Assembly (NCBI GenBank): GCA_965222225.1
Contig: CBDCTK010000002.1
Location: forward strand, 1,152,001-1,216,000
DNA length: 64,000 nt
From: Candidatus Poribacteria bacterium
GTDB taxonomy: Bacteria > Poribacteria > WGA-4E > JAJDTR01
Direction: 5' to 3'
Made by a program: the position numbers and the translations under genes. The notes beneath the pieces were generated by a model. That model saw only the letters and a list, made by a program, of their open reading frames with translations. It was not told the origin of the DNA and ran no database searches. Positions 23,045-35,835 of this stretch are shown here, in pieces (the stretch's first letter is position 1; each line of letters begins with the position of its first letter).

Positions 23045-26000
23045 ATGCCCCATGCAGTCAACTTTGGGAAACGTGAACGACTCTCCTTTGCGAAATCACC
23101 AGAAATCATGAATCTCCCGAATTTGATTGAGATTCAGAAATTATCCTACCACGAGTTTCTCCAAGCAGACGTAGACGACGATAAACGCAAAGATGAAAGT
23201 TTACAAGCTGTATTCAACGAGATTTTCCCAATCACTGACTTTTCAGAAACCTCAAGTCTCGAATTTGTAAGCTACTCCCTCGGCAGCCCAAAATACGACA
23301 TCAACGAGTGTCAATATCGCGGATTTACCTACGGTGTGCCGTTAAAGATTCGCCTTCAGCTCATATTGCGCGAGAAGGACAAAGACACCGGGGACAAACA
23401 CGTTATTGATATTAAGGAGTCCGATGTCTACATGGGCGAAATACCGTTGATGACAGAGAAGGGTACTTTCTTCATCAATGGGGCGGAACGGGTCATTGTA
23501 AGCCAACTCCATCGCTCTCCCGGTGCTACTTTTAACGAAGCAATTCACACGAGCGGGCACAAACTTTTTGTCGCCAAGATTGTTCCGTACCGCGGCGCTT
23601 GGATTGAGTTTGAATACGACATCAAAGACCATATCTACGTGCGGATAGACCGTCGGAAAAAGATGCTTGTCACTATTTTGCTTCGAGCATTGGGTTGGGA
23701 GACCGATGAGCAGATTCTCAAATTATTTGCCAAGACCGAACTAGCATCGCTCAAGAGCAAAAGAGTATCGCGCAAGGACAGTGTAGCGTTGCCAAAAGCC
23801 GAAGAGATAGTCTTGATTGATGATATCGCCGATTTGGAAAAGCTTGAGGGCCGAATTCTCGTTGACCCCGTCATCGATCCCAGCACCGAAGATGTACTGC
23901 TTGAAGCCTACATTGAACTGACTAAGAGAAATTTGAGTGCGGCCCAACAGGCTGAGAAGGCTGAGATAAAAAAATTAAGAGTGCTGAGTCCTGAAGCTTC
24001 AGACTTCTTGAAAGCACTTGAAGGTCGAATTCTTTTTGACCCTGTAAACCATCCTAGCACCGATAAACTGTTACTTAAAGCCGATACTAAGCTGACTATA
24101 GCAAAGTTAATGGAACTCGTGCGGGTTGATATTGAAAGTATCAACGTTCGCCATGAGGAGCCTGTGGTAACACTTGAAGGCAGAGTTCTTGTTACTCCCG
24201 TCATCGATTCTAGTTCCGGGGAAGTGTTGCTTGAAGCCAATATAGACCTGACAGAAAAAGAACTCGCGACACTCCAAGAAGCCGGTGTTGAAAGCATTGA
24301 GGTACTGAATGAAGAAGATGCCCGAAGGATTCAGTTTCTGCGAAACACACTAAAGCGCGACGTTCAATCCGATTATAAAGAAGGGCACATCCAGGATCAA
24401 GCGCTAGTCGATATTTTTCGTAGGATTCAACCTGGCGATCCCCCAACTCTGGACAGCGCACGTAGCCGTTTCGAGAAGTTGATCTTCGACCCCGCCCGAT
24501 ACGATCTTTCCCGTGTGGGCCGCTACAAACTTAATGAAAAACTTGGAGAGCTTTCCATCTACCAAAATGGCACGCCTGATGACTCGTCCGATTCAAATGA
24601 GCTTCCGGACGAAAGTGTCCGCATTCTGCGGCGGGAAGACATCGCTGCTACGCTTGAATATTTGATGCATGTTCAAGACAACAATGGCGAGATGGATGAC
24701 ATCGACCACTTGGGAAATCGTCGGGTGCGAGCCATTGGTGAACTTCTTCAAAACCAAATACGCACAGGGCTGATTCGAGTTGTTCGCGCTACCCGAGAAC
24801 GGATGACGGCTCAAGAACTAGAGAGTGCCACACCGCCGGATCTCATAAATCCAAAACCGTTGACCGGAGCGATTAAAGACTTTTTCGGGTCCAGTCAGTT
24901 GTCCCAGTTCATGCAGCAAACCAATCCGATTGACGAGCTGACTCACAAGCGACGCCTTAGTGCACTTGGTCCTGGCGGGCTGCACCGTGAACGAGCCACG
25001 TTTGAAGTCCGCGATGTGCACCGTACGCATTATGGTCGTGTGTGTCCGATTGAAACGCCTGAAGGCCCCTCCGTGGGCTTGATTGTCTCGCTCTCCACAT
25101 ACGCTCGCGTAAATGAATACGGGTTTTTGGAGACGCCTTACCGGAAAGTAAAGGACGGCGTCGCAACCGGTGAAGTTACACACATGACAGCGGATAAAGA
25201 AGACGCGTTCGTCATCGCACAGGCAAACACAAAACTCAATCCGAACGGTAAGATAATCGAGAATCAGGTTTCCACTCGTTTCAAAGGAGATTTCCCGCGA
25301 AAGGCGCCAAAGGAAGTCGATTACCTTGATGTCTCCTCAAAACAGATTGTCGGTGTCTCTGCGTCACTGATTCCGTTCCTTGAACACGACGATGCCAATC
25401 GCGCTCTTATGGGAGCGAATCAGCAGCGTCAAGCAGTGCCCTTGGTGCGTCCACAGGCACCCTTGGTCGGAACAGGTATGGAATACAGAGCCGCTCGCGA
25501 CTCCGGCGCTGTAGTGCTCGCAAAACGCGGCGGTGTCGTTGAGAGTATCTCCGCCGCCGAAATTATTGTCCGCACCGATGATGCTTTCCGCGTTGACGGC
25601 GGCGAACAGTCCTTCTCTGAAATGGGCTACGATGTTTACCATCTGACAAACTTCAAGCGATCTAATAACGGCACTTGCATCCATCAGGTTCCGTGCGTTG
25701 CAGTAGGCGATCATGTTGAATCCGAGCAAGTAATCGCTGATGGCACTGCCACTGACAATGGTGAGCTTGCCCTAGGTAACAACGTTTTGGTGGCGTTTAT
25801 GCCTTGGGAAGGATATAACTTTGAAGACGCTCTTCTCATCAGCGAGTCTTTGGTGTCAGATGATACATTCACTTCCATCCACATTGATGAATTTGACGTG
25901 GAAGCGCGCGACACGAAGATGGGACGCGAGGAAATTACTCGCGATATACCTAACCTTTCGGAAGAAGCTCTCAATCAGCTTGACGACGAGGGCATAATTC

Positions 26001-27361
26001 GTGTCGGTTCGATTGTCCGACCGGGGAGTATCCTTGTGGGAAAGGTGACACCAAAGGGTGAAAGCGATTTGGGCCCCGAGGAAAAGTTGCTCCGAGCTAT
26101 TTTCGGTGAAAAAGTTGGCGAAGTGCGCGATGCATCTACGTATGCCAAACCGGGAGTAGAAGGTGTGGTCATTGACGTTAAAGTGTTCTCCCGGAAAGAA
26201 CGCGAGCATGACAGACAGACCGAGTTGCGTGAGATCGCCAAGGAGAAAACCGTTGACAAGGCTTGGCGGGAAAAGTGCGAACTTATCAATCGAAGACGAA
26301 ACGAAGAGATTCAACACGCTTTACTTGGCAAACAGTTGGCACAGTCGGTCTCCACAGCCACCATTCAATTAGCGGCAGAGGGTGATATCGTCACTGAAGC
26401 GCTGCTTGAAAACGACATCCCGCTCGATTCGATCGTAGTCGATAATGCCGGCGCAATGGATCGTATTACACGTATCCAACAACTTGCCGATGGACGCATT
26501 CAAGAGTGCACTACTGAGAAGGAGGCGGAGTTAGAAAAGATTCGGAAAGGCGATGAACTCAAACCGGGAGTAATCAAGTTGGTTAAGGTTTACGTTGCCA
26601 ACCGTCGGAAGATCTCCGTTGGAGATAAGATGGCGGGACGACATGGCAACAAGGGAGTCGTTGCCAAGATTCTCCCTCAAGAGGATATGCCTTACCTTGA
26701 GGATGGCACGCCGGTAGGTATCGTCCTGAACCCGTTAGGTGTCCCTTCCCGAATGAACGTTGGACAGATCCTGGAAACCCATCTTGGCTGGGCAGCTAAA
26801 GCATTGGGACTTCATATTGCCACGCCAGTTTTTGACGGTGCTACGGAATCAGAAATTTCCGAACTGCTCGAAAAGGCGAATCTACCGAAATCTGGCAAAG
26901 CCATGCTCTACGATGGACGGACGGGGAGGTCTTTCGCACAGAAAGCTACAGTTGGCTATATCTACATATTGAAACTCAATCATCTCGTTGATGACAAGAT
27001 TCATGCGCGGAGCACAGGCCCCTACTCCTTGGTGACTCAACAACCGCTCGGTGGAAAAGCCCAACAAGGCGGACAACGATTTGGAGAGATGGAAGTCTGG
27101 GCACTTGAGGCCTACGGTGCAGCTTATACGCTCCAGGAGTTGTTGACAATTAAATCGGACGATGTGACGGGTCGAAGTAAGATTTACGAGTCAATCGTCA
27201 AAGGGGAAAATGCACCAAGCCCGGGAACCCCGGAGTCGTTTAACGTCCTTATCAAAGAACTACAGAGTTTGGGGCTTGACGTAAATCTTGAACAACGTGA
27301 TACACAACCTGATGAAATAGGCTCTTCTTCTTCAATGCCGTGGCCAGAAAGTCGCGAGTGA
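23045..27361 (+). CDS. rpoB: DNA-directed RNA polymerase beta subunit
   Basis: [52 protein letters not shown]. Confidence 0.99.
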   Translation: MPHAVNFGKRERLSFAKSPEIMNLPNLIEIQKLSYHEFLQADVDDDKRKDESLQAVFNEIFPITDFSETSSLEFVSYSLGSPKYDINECQYRGFTYGVPLKIRLQLILREKDKDTGDKHVIDIKESDVYMGEIPLMTEKGTFFINGAERVIVSQLHRSPGATFNEAIHTSGHKLFVAKIVPYRGAWIEFEYDIKDHIYVRIDRRKKMLVTILLRALGWETDEQILKLFAKTELASLKSKRVSRKDSVALPKAEEIVLIDDIADLEKLEGRILVDPVIDPSTEDVLLEAYIELTKRNLSAAQQAEKAEIKKLRVLSPEASDFLKALEGRILFDPVNHPSTDKLLLKADTKLTIAKLMELVRVDIESINVRHEEPVVTLEGRVLVTPVIDSSSGEVLLEANIDLTEKELATLQEAGVESIEVLNEEDARRIQFLRNTLKRDVQSDYKEGHIQDQALVDIFRRIQPGDPPTLDSARSRFEKLIFDPARYDLSRVGRYKLNEKLGELSIYQNGTPDDSSDSNELPDESVRILRREDIAATLEYLMHVQDNNGEMDDIDHLGNRRVRAIGELLQNQIRTGLIRVVRATRERMTAQELESATPPDLINPKPLTGAIKDFFGSSQLSQFMQQTNPIDELTHKRRLSALGPGGLHRERATFEVRDVHRTHYGRVCPIETPEGPSVGLIVSLSTYARVNEYGFLETPYRKVKDGVATGEVTHMTADKEDAFVIAQANTKLNPNGKIIENQVSTRFKGDFPRKAPKEVDYLDVSSKQIVGVSASLIPFLEHDDANRALMGANQQRQAVPLVRPQAPLVGTGMEYRAARDSGAVVLAKRGGVVESISAAEIIVRTDDAFRVDGGEQSFSEMGYDVYHLTNFKRSNNGTCIHQVPCVAVGDHVESEQVIADGTATDNGELALGNNVLVAFMPWEGYNFEDALLISESLVSDDTFTSIHIDEFDVEARDTKMGREEITRDIPNLSEEALNQLDDEGIIRVGSIVRPGSILVGKVTPKGESDLGPEEKLLRAIFGEKVGEVRDASTYAKPGVEGVVIDVKVFSRKEREHDRQTELREIAKEKTVDKAWREKCELINRRRNEEIQHALLGKQLAQSVSTATIQLAAEGDIVTEALLENDIPLDSIVVDNAGAMDRITRIQQLADGRIQECTTEKEAELEKIRKGDELKPGVIKLVKVYVANRRKISVGDKMAGRHGNKGVVAKILPQEDMPYLEDGTPVGIVLNPLGVPSRMNVGQILETHLGWAAKALGLHIATPVFDGATESEISELLEKANLPKSGKAMLYDGRTGRSFAQKATVGYIYILKLNHLVDDKIHARSTGPYSLVTQQPLGGKAQQGGQRFGEMEVWALEAYGAAYTLQELLTIKSDDVTGRSKIYESIVKGENAPSPGTPESFNVLIKELQSLGLDVNLEQRDTQPDEIGSSSSMPWPESRE

Positions 27362-27909
27362 CAGTTTTGCCATGCTTGACGGCTTGTTTGTTACTACACT
27401 TGAAGTCAAATCCAACCGAAGCAGGATTGCCGTCTAATCACATGGGACTATCCAATAACAAGCAATCCTACGATATTGGCACGACGCGTTTTTGCCCTCG
27501 TATCCGCTTTGCATCAATATTTTGGATTTAATCTGACAGCTAACCTTTCGAAGGAAGAAATCGATTGGTCAGAGTATACGCATATTGATGGCTGTAAAGT
27601 AGTCCTAAGGCTTTCGTTTTTGTCAGCGTGTAAGGTTAGAAGTAGATATACTTTCATTCGAGAACCTAGTCTATTGGTTGCAGCATTCACGAAATACGAC
27701 GACATTGGGAGATTGTTCTCTATCTTAAAGCGGTTTCATCTTTTCAAGTCTTAAGGTTGAGAAAGAGTCAAATCAATCTCCTCATGCAGAAGAACCACCC
27801 ATATGACTATTATGACTATATTGATAGGCGTAACGAGGTTTAGCGATACCCAGTAAACAGGGAGGCGGAAATAATCGCCTCATTTTCCACACATTTAAGG
27901 AGAATTGCC

Positions 27910-30900
27910 TTGTCAGCGAATCTAAACAACTTCGACGTAATATCAATACGGATTGCATCACCAGAGCGGATAATAAGTTGGGCAAAACAAACTTCGTGCA
28001 AACGGCGAAGTAACGGTATATGGCCCTGTCCGATGATGAACGAATGTTCCTGTGCTGAAGTTCGTAAACCTGAAACCATAAATTACCGAACATTTCGTCC
28101 TGAACGCGATGGGTTATTCTGTGAAGCGATTTTCGGCCCTCAGAAAGATTGGGAATGTGCATGCGGGAAATATAAACGCATTAAGCATAAAGGCACGATT
28201 TGCGATCGATGTGGTGTGGAGGTGACACATCAACGCGTACGTCGAGAACGGATGGGATACATCCAACTTGCTGCACCCGTGTCTCACGTTTGGTTTTTCA
28301 AGGGGATTCCGTCTCGACTTGGGCTTTTCTTAGACTTGTCGTCGCGAGATGTTGAGCGCATTCTCTATTTTGAAGCTTTCATAGTCTTGGAAGTCTCCGA
28401 TCCGAATTGTCCATTGAAAGTCAAGCAGTTGTTAACGGAAGAAGAGTACAATGAACACCTTTCACAATTTCCCGACGGTTTTCGTGTAGGAATGGGTGCC
28501 GCGGCGGTTCACGAGTTATTGTCACATATTGATTTGGATAAGGAAATTGAAACTTTACGTGTCGAACTTGAGGAAACCGGCAGCAAGCAAAAGGCAAAGA
28601 AACTAGCAAAACGACTCAAGCTGGTATTGGGATTCAAGAAGTCCGGAAATAAACCGGAATGGATGATTCTGTCGGTTATTCCCGTTATTCCTCCCGATCT
28701 TCGGCCACTGGTTGCGCTTGATGGTGGACGTTTCGCTACCAGTGACCTTAACGACCTGTATCGGCGGGTAATTAACCGAAACAATCGGCTCAAACGCTTG
28801 ACTGAACTACGTGCCCCTGATGTCATTATCCGTAATGAGAAACGGATGTTACAAGAAGCTGTTGACGCCTTATTGGACAACGGCAGGCATGGTCGGATAG
28901 TGCGCGGTCCCGGAAATCGTCCGCTCAAGTCGCTGGCAGATATGCTGAAGGGAAAGACTGGTCGTTTCCGACAAAACTTATTGGGCAAGCGCGTCGATTA
29001 TTCTGGACGCAGCGTTGTTGTGGTAGGTCCCGACCTTCAACTTCATCAGTGTGGCTTGCCGAAAGAGATGGCTCTCGAACTGTTCAAACCCTTCATAATC
29101 CGGAAACTCCAAGAAAAAGATTATGCGCACACCATCAAACGGGCGAAGCATATGACAGATCAAATCTCGCCAGAGGTGTGGGAGGTACTTGAGGAAGTGA
29201 TTGACGAACACTTGGTGATGCTTAATCGGGCACCAACTCTCCACCGTCTCGGGATACAGGCATTCCAGCCTATTTTGGTCGAAGGAAAGGCTATTCGCGT
29301 ACATCCGCTCGTTTGTAAAGCATTCAACGCGGATTTCGATGGCGACCAGATGGCAGTGCACGTCCCGCTGTCAGTAGAATCACAAATTGAAGCAAAACTA
29401 CTTATGATGGCGCCCCGTAACATTCTGAAACCCGCACATGGGGGCGCAATTGCCGTTCCTGAACTTGATATGGTACTTGGCTGTAGTTTCTTGACCAAAT
29501 CTATTCCCGATTCTAATCGGGACAATCAAGAACTACGCCATTACCGAGATTTCGATGAGGTCATTATGGCGCACGAATGCGATAGACTAGGCCTACACGA
29601 TTCCATTCTATTGCATCTCGATAGTGTTACCAAACCCATTGAGACAACAGTTGGGCGCGTTATTTTCAATCAAGTTATCCCTGATGAACTCGAGTTTACT
29701 GATTTGAAAACAGAGCAGCGGATCCATTTCATCAATCAAGAGGTGCGATCCAAAGACCTCTCTCGACTCGTCTCCCGGTGTTTCAATGAACTTGGAAATA
29801 GCCGAACAGTTGAATTCCTTGATGAGCTGAAGCGAATTGCCTTCCATTACGCTACCTTCTCCGGTCTCTCAATTGGCATGGAAGATATGATTATCCCCGA
29901 GGCAAAGGAGACATTAATCGCCGAGGCGAGGAAAAAAGTGGATGCAATCGAGAAGGAATACCGGCGCGGTGGGATGAGTGAAGGAGAGCGATATAATCAA
30001 GTTATTGACGTGTGGCATCAATTGATTCAATCGGTTGAAGCGGCGTTGTTTGATTCCTTGGAAGAAGGGCGCGAGGATGAAATTAGAGGGTTCAATCCCG
30101 TGCACGTCATGGCGGACAGTGGGGCGCGCTCTAAGAAAGAACCGATTCGTCAGATTAGCGGCATGCGCGGTTTGATGACAAAACCGAGCGGCGCAATTAT
30201 CGAACAACCAATTGAATCGTGTTTCCGTGAAGGCCTTAGCGTGCTTGAATACTTCATCTCAACACACGGGGCACGTAAAGGACTAGCTGATACAGCAATC
30301 AAGACAGCTTCTTCCGGCTACCTCACACGCAAGCTAGTCGATGTTGCTCAGGATGTCATGATAACAATGAAGGACTGTGGCACATTGAACGGTATCACGA
30401 AAATCGCGGGAGAAACAGAGGATGACACACTCGCCGAGCGAATCCATAGTAGAACTGCGGCTGATCAGCGAAACTTAAATAATCAGCAATCAGAAGATAT
30501 TATCAATCCAAACGATGGCTCCGTAATTGTCGCCAGAGATGGTCTGATTAACCCATCAACTGGTGAGAAGATTGAAGCGGTAGGAATTACAGAGGTCCGC
30601 GTACGATCGGCGCTGACGTGTGAGGCCCCTCATGGGATATGCTCCACATGTTATGGCGCTGATTTGACAACGGGGGGGGTCATTGATATCGGTGAGGCCG
30701 TTGGCATAATTGGCGCCCAGTCAATTGGAGAACCGGGAACGCAGTTGACAATGCGCACCTTCCACACGGGTGGTACCGTAACAGCCGGTGATTTTCAATT
30801 TCAATCCCGGATTGAAGCTCGGCACGATGGTCGCGCTAAATATGAGAAAATTGGGGTTACAGAGCGCAAGGCGCCCGATTCCGAGATCACAGAGAGGGTT

Positions 30901-32148
30901 GTGCTCTCTCGCAATGGACAGTTGCTAATTGTTGATGAAAATGAGAGAGTAGTTGAACGCCATCAAGTGCCGATTGGAGCAACGCTTTCCGTCGAAAACG
31001 GTGCGAGAGTGACTAAGGGCAATCCGGAAACGGATGATTCGCCGCCCACCCTTTTGCTTGAACGGGATCCGTATCGTGTGCCGATCTTGACGGAACACAA
31101 TGGAACTGTTCTGTTTAAAGACATTATTGAAGGACATACCGTTCAAGAAGAAAAAGCGTCGGGGCTTGCTGAGCGGGTAATTGTAGAATACAAAGGCGAC
31201 TATCAACCTCGAATGGAAATTCAAACACCTAGCGGCGAAGTGCTGGCGAGTTATTTGATGCCGACAGGTGCTCACTTATCCGTTGCCGACGGTGAAGCGG
31301 TTGAAGCTGGAATCGTATTGGCAAGATTGCCAGAAAAAAGCGCAACCAGCCAAGATATTGTGACCGGGTTGCCCCGCGTAACGGAGCTTCTTGAAGCCCG
31401 AAGGCCCAAGGATAGAGCAGTCATGGCCGAAATCGAGGGATATGTGGAGTTTGACCGTATTTCTAGAGGGATGCGCCAACTTCGTATCAAACATGGCGAG
31501 GAATCAAGTGCACTGTATAGAATTCCCATTGGTAAGCACCTCGTCGTGCATGAAAATGATTGGGTAGACGCTGGTGACCGCCTGACGGATGGTTTTCTTG
31601 ACCCACACGATATCTTGAAGATTAAGGGTGAGGAAGAAGTCCAATCCTATCTAGTTAATGAAGTTCAGGATGTCTATCGTAGCCAAGGTGAACACATTAA
31701 CGACAAGCATATTGAGGTGATTGTCCGCCAAATGCTGAAAAAGGTAAAAATTCTCGCGGCAGGAGATACCGAGTTCCTTGAGGAAGATGAAGTGGATCGA
31801 TCAGTTTTCCATCGGATCAATCGTCGAGTTGAAGAAGATGGGGGACAGCAAGCCATTGCCGACCCGATATTGCAAGGCGTTACAAAGGCGTCGTTAAGTA
31901 CAGAAAGTTACATCTCGGCTGCATCATTCCAGCAGACAACAAATGTGTTGACCAAAGCCTCGGTCGTTGGACAAAAGGACTATCTAAAAGGTTTGAAGGA
32001 AAACGTCATAATGGGCAGGCTGATTCCCGCAGGCAGTGGCGTGCCTAGTTTTCGAAAGATTGAAGTATATCCGGAATCCGGAGAATTGCCAAGCGCGGAT
32101 GACGCGATACTACCTAGCGCGGACGAGGATGACCGAGCTGCAGATTAA
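27910..32148 (+). CDS. rpoC: DNA-directed RNA polymerase beta' subunit
   Basis: TTG start after AAGGAG. Catalytic NADFDGDQM, Zn-binding CACGKYK...[22 protein letters not shown]. Confidence 0.99.
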   Translation: MSANLNNFDVISIRIASPERIISWAKQTSCKRRSNGIWPCPMMNECSCAEVRKPETINYRTFRPERDGLFCEAIFGPQKDWECACGKYKRIKHKGTICDRCGVEVTHQRVRRERMGYIQLAAPVSHVWFFKGIPSRLGLFLDLSSRDVERILYFEAFIVLEVSDPNCPLKVKQLLTEEEYNEHLSQFPDGFRVGMGAAAVHELLSHIDLDKEIETLRVELEETGSKQKAKKLAKRLKLVLGFKKSGNKPEWMILSVIPVIPPDLRPLVALDGGRFATSDLNDLYRRVINRNNRLKRLTELRAPDVIIRNEKRMLQEAVDALLDNGRHGRIVRGPGNRPLKSLADMLKGKTGRFRQNLLGKRVDYSGRSVVVVGPDLQLHQCGLPKEMALELFKPFIIRKLQEKDYAHTIKRAKHMTDQISPEVWEVLEEVIDEHLVMLNRAPTLHRLGIQAFQPILVEGKAIRVHPLVCKAFNADFDGDQMAVHVPLSVESQIEAKLLMMAPRNILKPAHGGAIAVPELDMVLGCSFLTKSIPDSNRDNQELRHYRDFDEVIMAHECDRLGLHDSILLHLDSVTKPIETTVGRVIFNQVIPDELEFTDLKTEQRIHFINQEVRSKDLSRLVSRCFNELGNSRTVEFLDELKRIAFHYATFSGLSIGMEDMIIPEAKETLIAEARKKVDAIEKEYRRGGMSEGERYNQVIDVWHQLIQSVEAALFDSLEEGREDEIRGFNPVHVMADSGARSKKEPIRQISGMRGLMTKPSGAIIEQPIESCFREGLSVLEYFISTHGARKGLADTAIKTASSGYLTRKLVDVAQDVMITMKDCGTLNGITKIAGETEDDTLAERIHSRTAADQRNLNNQQSEDIINPNDGSVIVARDGLINPSTGEKIEAVGITEVRVRSALTCEAPHGICSTCYGADLTTGGVIDIGEAVGIIGAQSIGEPGTQLTMRTFHTGGTVTAGDFQFQSRIEARHDGRAKYEKIGVTERKAPDSEITERVVLSRNGQLLIVDENERVVERHQVPIGATLSVENGARVTKGNPETDDSPPTLLLERDPYRVPILTEHNGTVLFKDIIEGHTVQEEKASGLAERVIVEYKGDYQPRMEIQTPSGEVLASYLMPTGAHLSVADGEAVEAGIVLARLPEKSATSQDIVTGLPRVTELLEARRPKDRAVMAEIEGYVEFDRISRGMRQLRIKHGEESSALYRIPIGKHLVVHENDWVDAGDRLTDGFLDPHDILKIKGEEEVQSYLVNEVQDVYRSQGEHINDKHIEVIVRQMLKKVKILAAGDTEFLEEDEVDRSVFHRINRRVEEDGGQQAIADPILQGVTKASLSTESYISAASFQQTTNVLTKASVVGQKDYLKGLKENVIMGRLIPAGSGVPSFRKIEVYPESGELPSADDAILPSADEDDRAAD

Positions 32149-32233
32149 GATTTAAGTGCGGCGCGTTGTCGTTTTGGCAAGCACGTTTGGACCAATGTCC
32201 CAACTCTCGCTAACTGTTCTCCGACTTTACTAT

Positions 32234-33064
32234 CTATGTTTGTTTCAGCAAATGGTTGACGGTCTCCCAAGAATCAGCGTGCAAAATGCGCTTATTCGTA
32301 GCGCGTGTTTCCGAACAATTGACAACTCGACGAGTGGCTTCAGTAACACGCTTCATCGGGATTTGAAATCGATTTATTGTCCTTAAGCACGTCGTGTTTT
32401 CGCCTACGAGTAGGCCTACGTCGGCTTCGAGTATCGCGCGTAGATCTGATACTGAATCGCCGACGTAGCCAGTTAGTCCGGTCTTCGATCGTCGAGATTT
32501 GAAGTATGTCCACTTGTTGCGAGCGGAGGCAACTCGCAACTCAATTTCGCCAGTGGAGTATCCTCGTTCATCAAATAGCAAGCGGTTTGCCACCACCGCA
32601 TCACAGAACCCTTTCACCGCTTCCTCAACAAAAATCTGCGACCAATTGGCGGACAGTATCTCAACAGTAACTCCCGCAGAACGCATCTCTGATAGACATG
32701 TTTTCGCGCCTTCTCGTTTCTGAACCTGCCTTCCCGCTTTTCGCAACTGCTCTTGTCTTAGCCCCGCTAAGAATCTTTTCTTCATGACCCTGGCGATTGA
32801 AGCCATTTCCAGAGACTCAATTTCGCTTAGGAAGTCGGCAACGGTTCCTTGATAATACTCACGAGGGACGTTTAGCCATTTATTGCATCTATGGGAATAA
32901 CGGGTTCTATACCCTTCGACCGTCTGTTTCCATTCTTCTATAGTTGGTAATTCATTGACAGCGCGATTTTGCATCGCAGCATTAACCAACGTCTGGATTG
33001 TGTCCTTCTGCGAGATGGTTTCATCAAAGTCAGAGATGAGTTTATCAACGCGGTAGATTGGCAT
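32234..33064 (-). CDS. HAD-superfamily hydrolase/phosphatase
   Basis: Motif I DFDETIS, motif II ILSANWS, motif IV YVGDSVSDL. Confidence 0.8.
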   Translation of the reverse strand: MPIYRVDKLISDFDETISQKDTIQTLVNAAMQNRAVNELPTIEEWKQTVEGYRTRYSHRCNKWLNVPREYYQGTVADFLSEIESLEMASIARVMKKRFLAGLRQEQLRKAGRQVQKREGAKTCLSEMRSAGVTVEILSANWSQIFVEEAVKGFCDAVVANRLLFDERGYSTGEIELRVASARNKWTYFKSRRSKTGLTGYVGDSVSDLRAILEADVGLLVGENTTCLRTINRFQIPMKRVTEATRRVVNCSETRATNKRILHADSWETVNHLLKQT

Positions 33065-33120
33065 AAGGAATGGCTAAAATGAGTAAGGAGCCTGAAGTCA
33101 ATGGACGAACTCTTAGCCCT

Positions 33121-34518
33121 TTAACCTACGTTCGGTCCAAGCATCTTTCCTGGGACAACAATTCGGTCGAATTCCGCTTCCGTTAGAAGTTCTAGTTCGA
33201 TCGCAGATTGGCGCAAGGTCTTTCCTTCACTGTGCGCCTTCTTGGCGACTCGAGCTGCGTTGTCATAACCGATATGGGGATTTAGTGCTGTTACCAACAT
33301 TAAGGATTCGCTCAGATACTGTTCGATTCGCTTCCGATTTGGTTCAATACCGACGATGCAGTTCTTGCGGAATGAACGACATGCATCTCCAAGGAGACGC
33401 ACGGATTGCAACGCATTGAGCGCAATAACCGGCATGAACACATTCAGTTCGAAGTTACCCGACGCTCCCGAAAATGCAATTGTTGTATCATTACCAATCA
33501 CTTGGGCACACACCATTAACATTGCCTCACACTGCGTCGGATTGACTTTCCCCGGCATGATTGAACTTCCGGGCTCGTTCTCAGGCAAGAAAAGCTCCCC
33601 AAGCCCGCAACGGGGACCACTACCCAACCAACGGATGTCATTGGCAATTTTGAAAAGCGAACTTGCTAATACCTTAAATGCGCCGCTGGCTTCAACAACT
33701 GCGTCGCGTGCGCCTAAGGCTTCAAACTTATTTGGCGCCGATACAAATCGAATTCCCGTGCGTTGACTTATCGCAGCAACAGCACGATTGGCGTATTCCG
33801 GATGGGCATTTAAGCCGGTTCCAACGGCTGTGCCACCAATAGGCAGCTCATGCAGGTGTGGCAATACCTGATCGATGGCTCGTAAGGCGTTGGTCAACTG
33901 CTGAGTATACCCGCCAAATTCTTGCCCCAAGGTCAGAGGAGTGGCGTCCATTAGATGTGTTCGCCCAATTTTCACAATATCGGAAAATGCTTCCGCTTTA
34001 TCGGAAAAGGCATCCCGTAGTGCTGTCACTTGTGGAACTAGGTGGTGACAAATCCGATCAACAATTGCCACATGAATAGCCGTTGGGAAGACATCATTAG
34101 TGGATTGAGATTTGTTAATGTGATCATTGGGGTGGATAGGTTCTTTGCTGCCCAGAACACCACCAAGCATTTCAACTGCTCGGTTTGCAATTACCTCATT
34201 TGTATTCATGTTGGTCTGCGTGCCGCTGCCGGTTTGCCAGACAACCAGTGGAAAATGGTCGTCCAATTCGCCATCTATCACTTCTTGAGCTGCCTGCAAA
34301 ATTACTTCCGCTTTATCCGGGTCAAGCAGCTCAAGGTCCGAATTGACTTGAGCAACCGACTGTTTCACAATCCCAAGCGCCCATAACATTTCACGCGGGA
34401 AGCGTTCTCTGCCGATTTCAAAGTTCTGCAACGACCTCTGTGTTTGCGCTCCCCAATACCGATTGACGGAAACCTCAATTTCGCCCATACTGTCTTTTTC
34501 GATTCTTGTTTTCATCAC
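33121..34518 (-). CDS. fumC: Class II fumarate hydratase
   Basis: [24 protein letters not shown] and signature [15 protein letters not shown]. Confidence 0.97.
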   Translation of the reverse strand: MMKTRIEKDSMGEIEVSVNRYWGAQTQRSLQNFEIGRERFPREMLWALGIVKQSVAQVNSDLELLDPDKAEVILQAAQEVIDGELDDHFPLVVWQTGSGTQTNMNTNEVIANRAVEMLGGVLGSKEPIHPNDHINKSQSTNDVFPTAIHVAIVDRICHHLVPQVTALRDAFSDKAEAFSDIVKIGRTHLMDATPLTLGQEFGGYTQQLTNALRAIDQVLPHLHELPIGGTAVGTGLNAHPEYANRAVAAISQRTGIRFVSAPNKFEALGARDAVVEASGAFKVLASSLFKIANDIRWLGSGPRCGLGELFLPENEPGSSIMPGKVNPTQCEAMLMVCAQVIGNDTTIAFSGASGNFELNVFMPVIALNALQSVRLLGDACRSFRKNCIVGIEPNRKRIEQYLSESLMLVTALNPHIGYDNAARVAKKAHSEGKTLRQSAIELELLTEAEFDRIVVPGKMLGPNVG

Positions 34519-34694
34519 TATTTTGCTCCGATTTATCCCTCAATGAAGTTAATAACTACGAAGTTAATAACTACCGCGTATTATAGCACTTCCGACTGCC
34601 GCCGCTCAACCGAATTTGGAGAGAATTTAGGTTGATAAAACCTCGTCCAGCATGATATATTCTTTGACTAAGAACCGTTACGTATCAAGGAGAA

Positions 34695-35750
34695 ATGGTC
34701 ATGAGTAACTTATCCTTGGCTAACCCTTACCTTACCAGGGACTTATCGCCCCCACCACCGCGGAGTTTTCGTGCCCGCCAATGGTGTGTGCGAGGGTATC
34801 AGCCAAGTTTGAGGCCTATTTCTCCTGATAGTGAACTCGGAGTACTCATTGGCCAGATGGGATGGGTGGGTAGCCATGCGCATGCCCACGGATATCTGTG
34901 GGGATCTGCGGGAAACTTGGGTGCTCTGCTTGATGAATCCATTGATCCCGATTGCCTACTGCCGTACATTGAATCACCGCGCTATGCGTTACCACGCGCA
35001 ATTTCCGTACCTGGTTTGGCCGGACGACGTGTGCTCTTAACCAAATCGGGAGCAAGACTGGACATGATTTCGCTGGAGCATCCAGCGCTGAATTTGGCGA
35101 TCGTCGAAGTAGAAGTCGACGGAATCCATTACCGCATGCGCTTCGGCACGCAGTCGGCGTCTCAGCTAAAAACGGAGCAACAAAACGCACCCAAACCTAC
35201 AAGCGAAATGTTCCACTACATGTTAGTCTTCGATCAGCTAGAATCATACGGATTCAAGGCTTTGGTTCATCTACAGCCGAAGTTCCTGAATCTCATCTCT
35301 CGGACCGAGCACGGACATCCATCACGCTTCTATGATTTTCTAAAAGGCTATGAGCCGGAAACTCCAATAATGTACGAAGACTGTGGAGGAATCGGATTCG
35401 TCCAGGAACGGGCTCCCGGAATCCCGGAACTATCCTACGAAAGCCTACGTCTCTTCAAAACGGAGGATTTGCCTTCTCAACCGGCTAACGCAATGCGTCA
35501 CATTCTTTACTGGGTTGGACATGGGACCTTCTCCAGAGGTGTTGATTTGTTGGATGCCTACAAGCATGGCGAATATTTCGAGGCGGCAGCACGCATGGCA
35601 TGGGAGGCGAACCAAGGAAAGATTGACGCACAGCCCTATAGCGATGAAATCGTGAATTGTATTCTACGCGAATTTCACGCCAACCAAAATCCAGCAAATT
35701 CGCTGGCGCCAGGAGAAGGAGAAGAACACGGTGTTTATAACTATCCATGA
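34695..35750 (+). CDS. Class II aldolase/adducin family protein (divergent rhamnulose-1-P aldolase-like)
   Basis: AGNLG, LLTKSG, KPTSE, HLQP and W.GHG motifs in RhaD-like order. Confidence 0.6.
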   Translation: MVMSNLSLANPYLTRDLSPPPPRSFRARQWCVRGYQPSLRPISPDSELGVLIGQMGWVGSHAHAHGYLWGSAGNLGALLDESIDPDCLLPYIESPRYALPRAISVPGLAGRRVLLTKSGARLDMISLEHPALNLAIVEVEVDGIHYRMRFGTQSASQLKTEQQNAPKPTSEMFHYMLVFDQLESYGFKALVHLQPKFLNLISRTEHGHPSRFYDFLKGYEPETPIMYEDCGGIGFVQERAPGIPELSYESLRLFKTEDLPSQPANAMRHILYWVGHGTFSRGVDLLDAYKHGEYFEAAARMAWEANQGKIDAQPYSDEIVNCILREFHANQNPANSLAPGEGEEHGVYNYP

Positions 35751-35835
35751 TTGGGTTACGAAGTAAACACCGAGCCAATTACATTGTAGATTCAGTCTGC
35801 CAACGTCTAGAGTTCTTAGCGTCAATCACAATAAC

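Noticed and set aside
27476-27754. 92-aa ORF between rpoB and rpoC
   Set aside because: TTG start without RBS and no recognisable motif.
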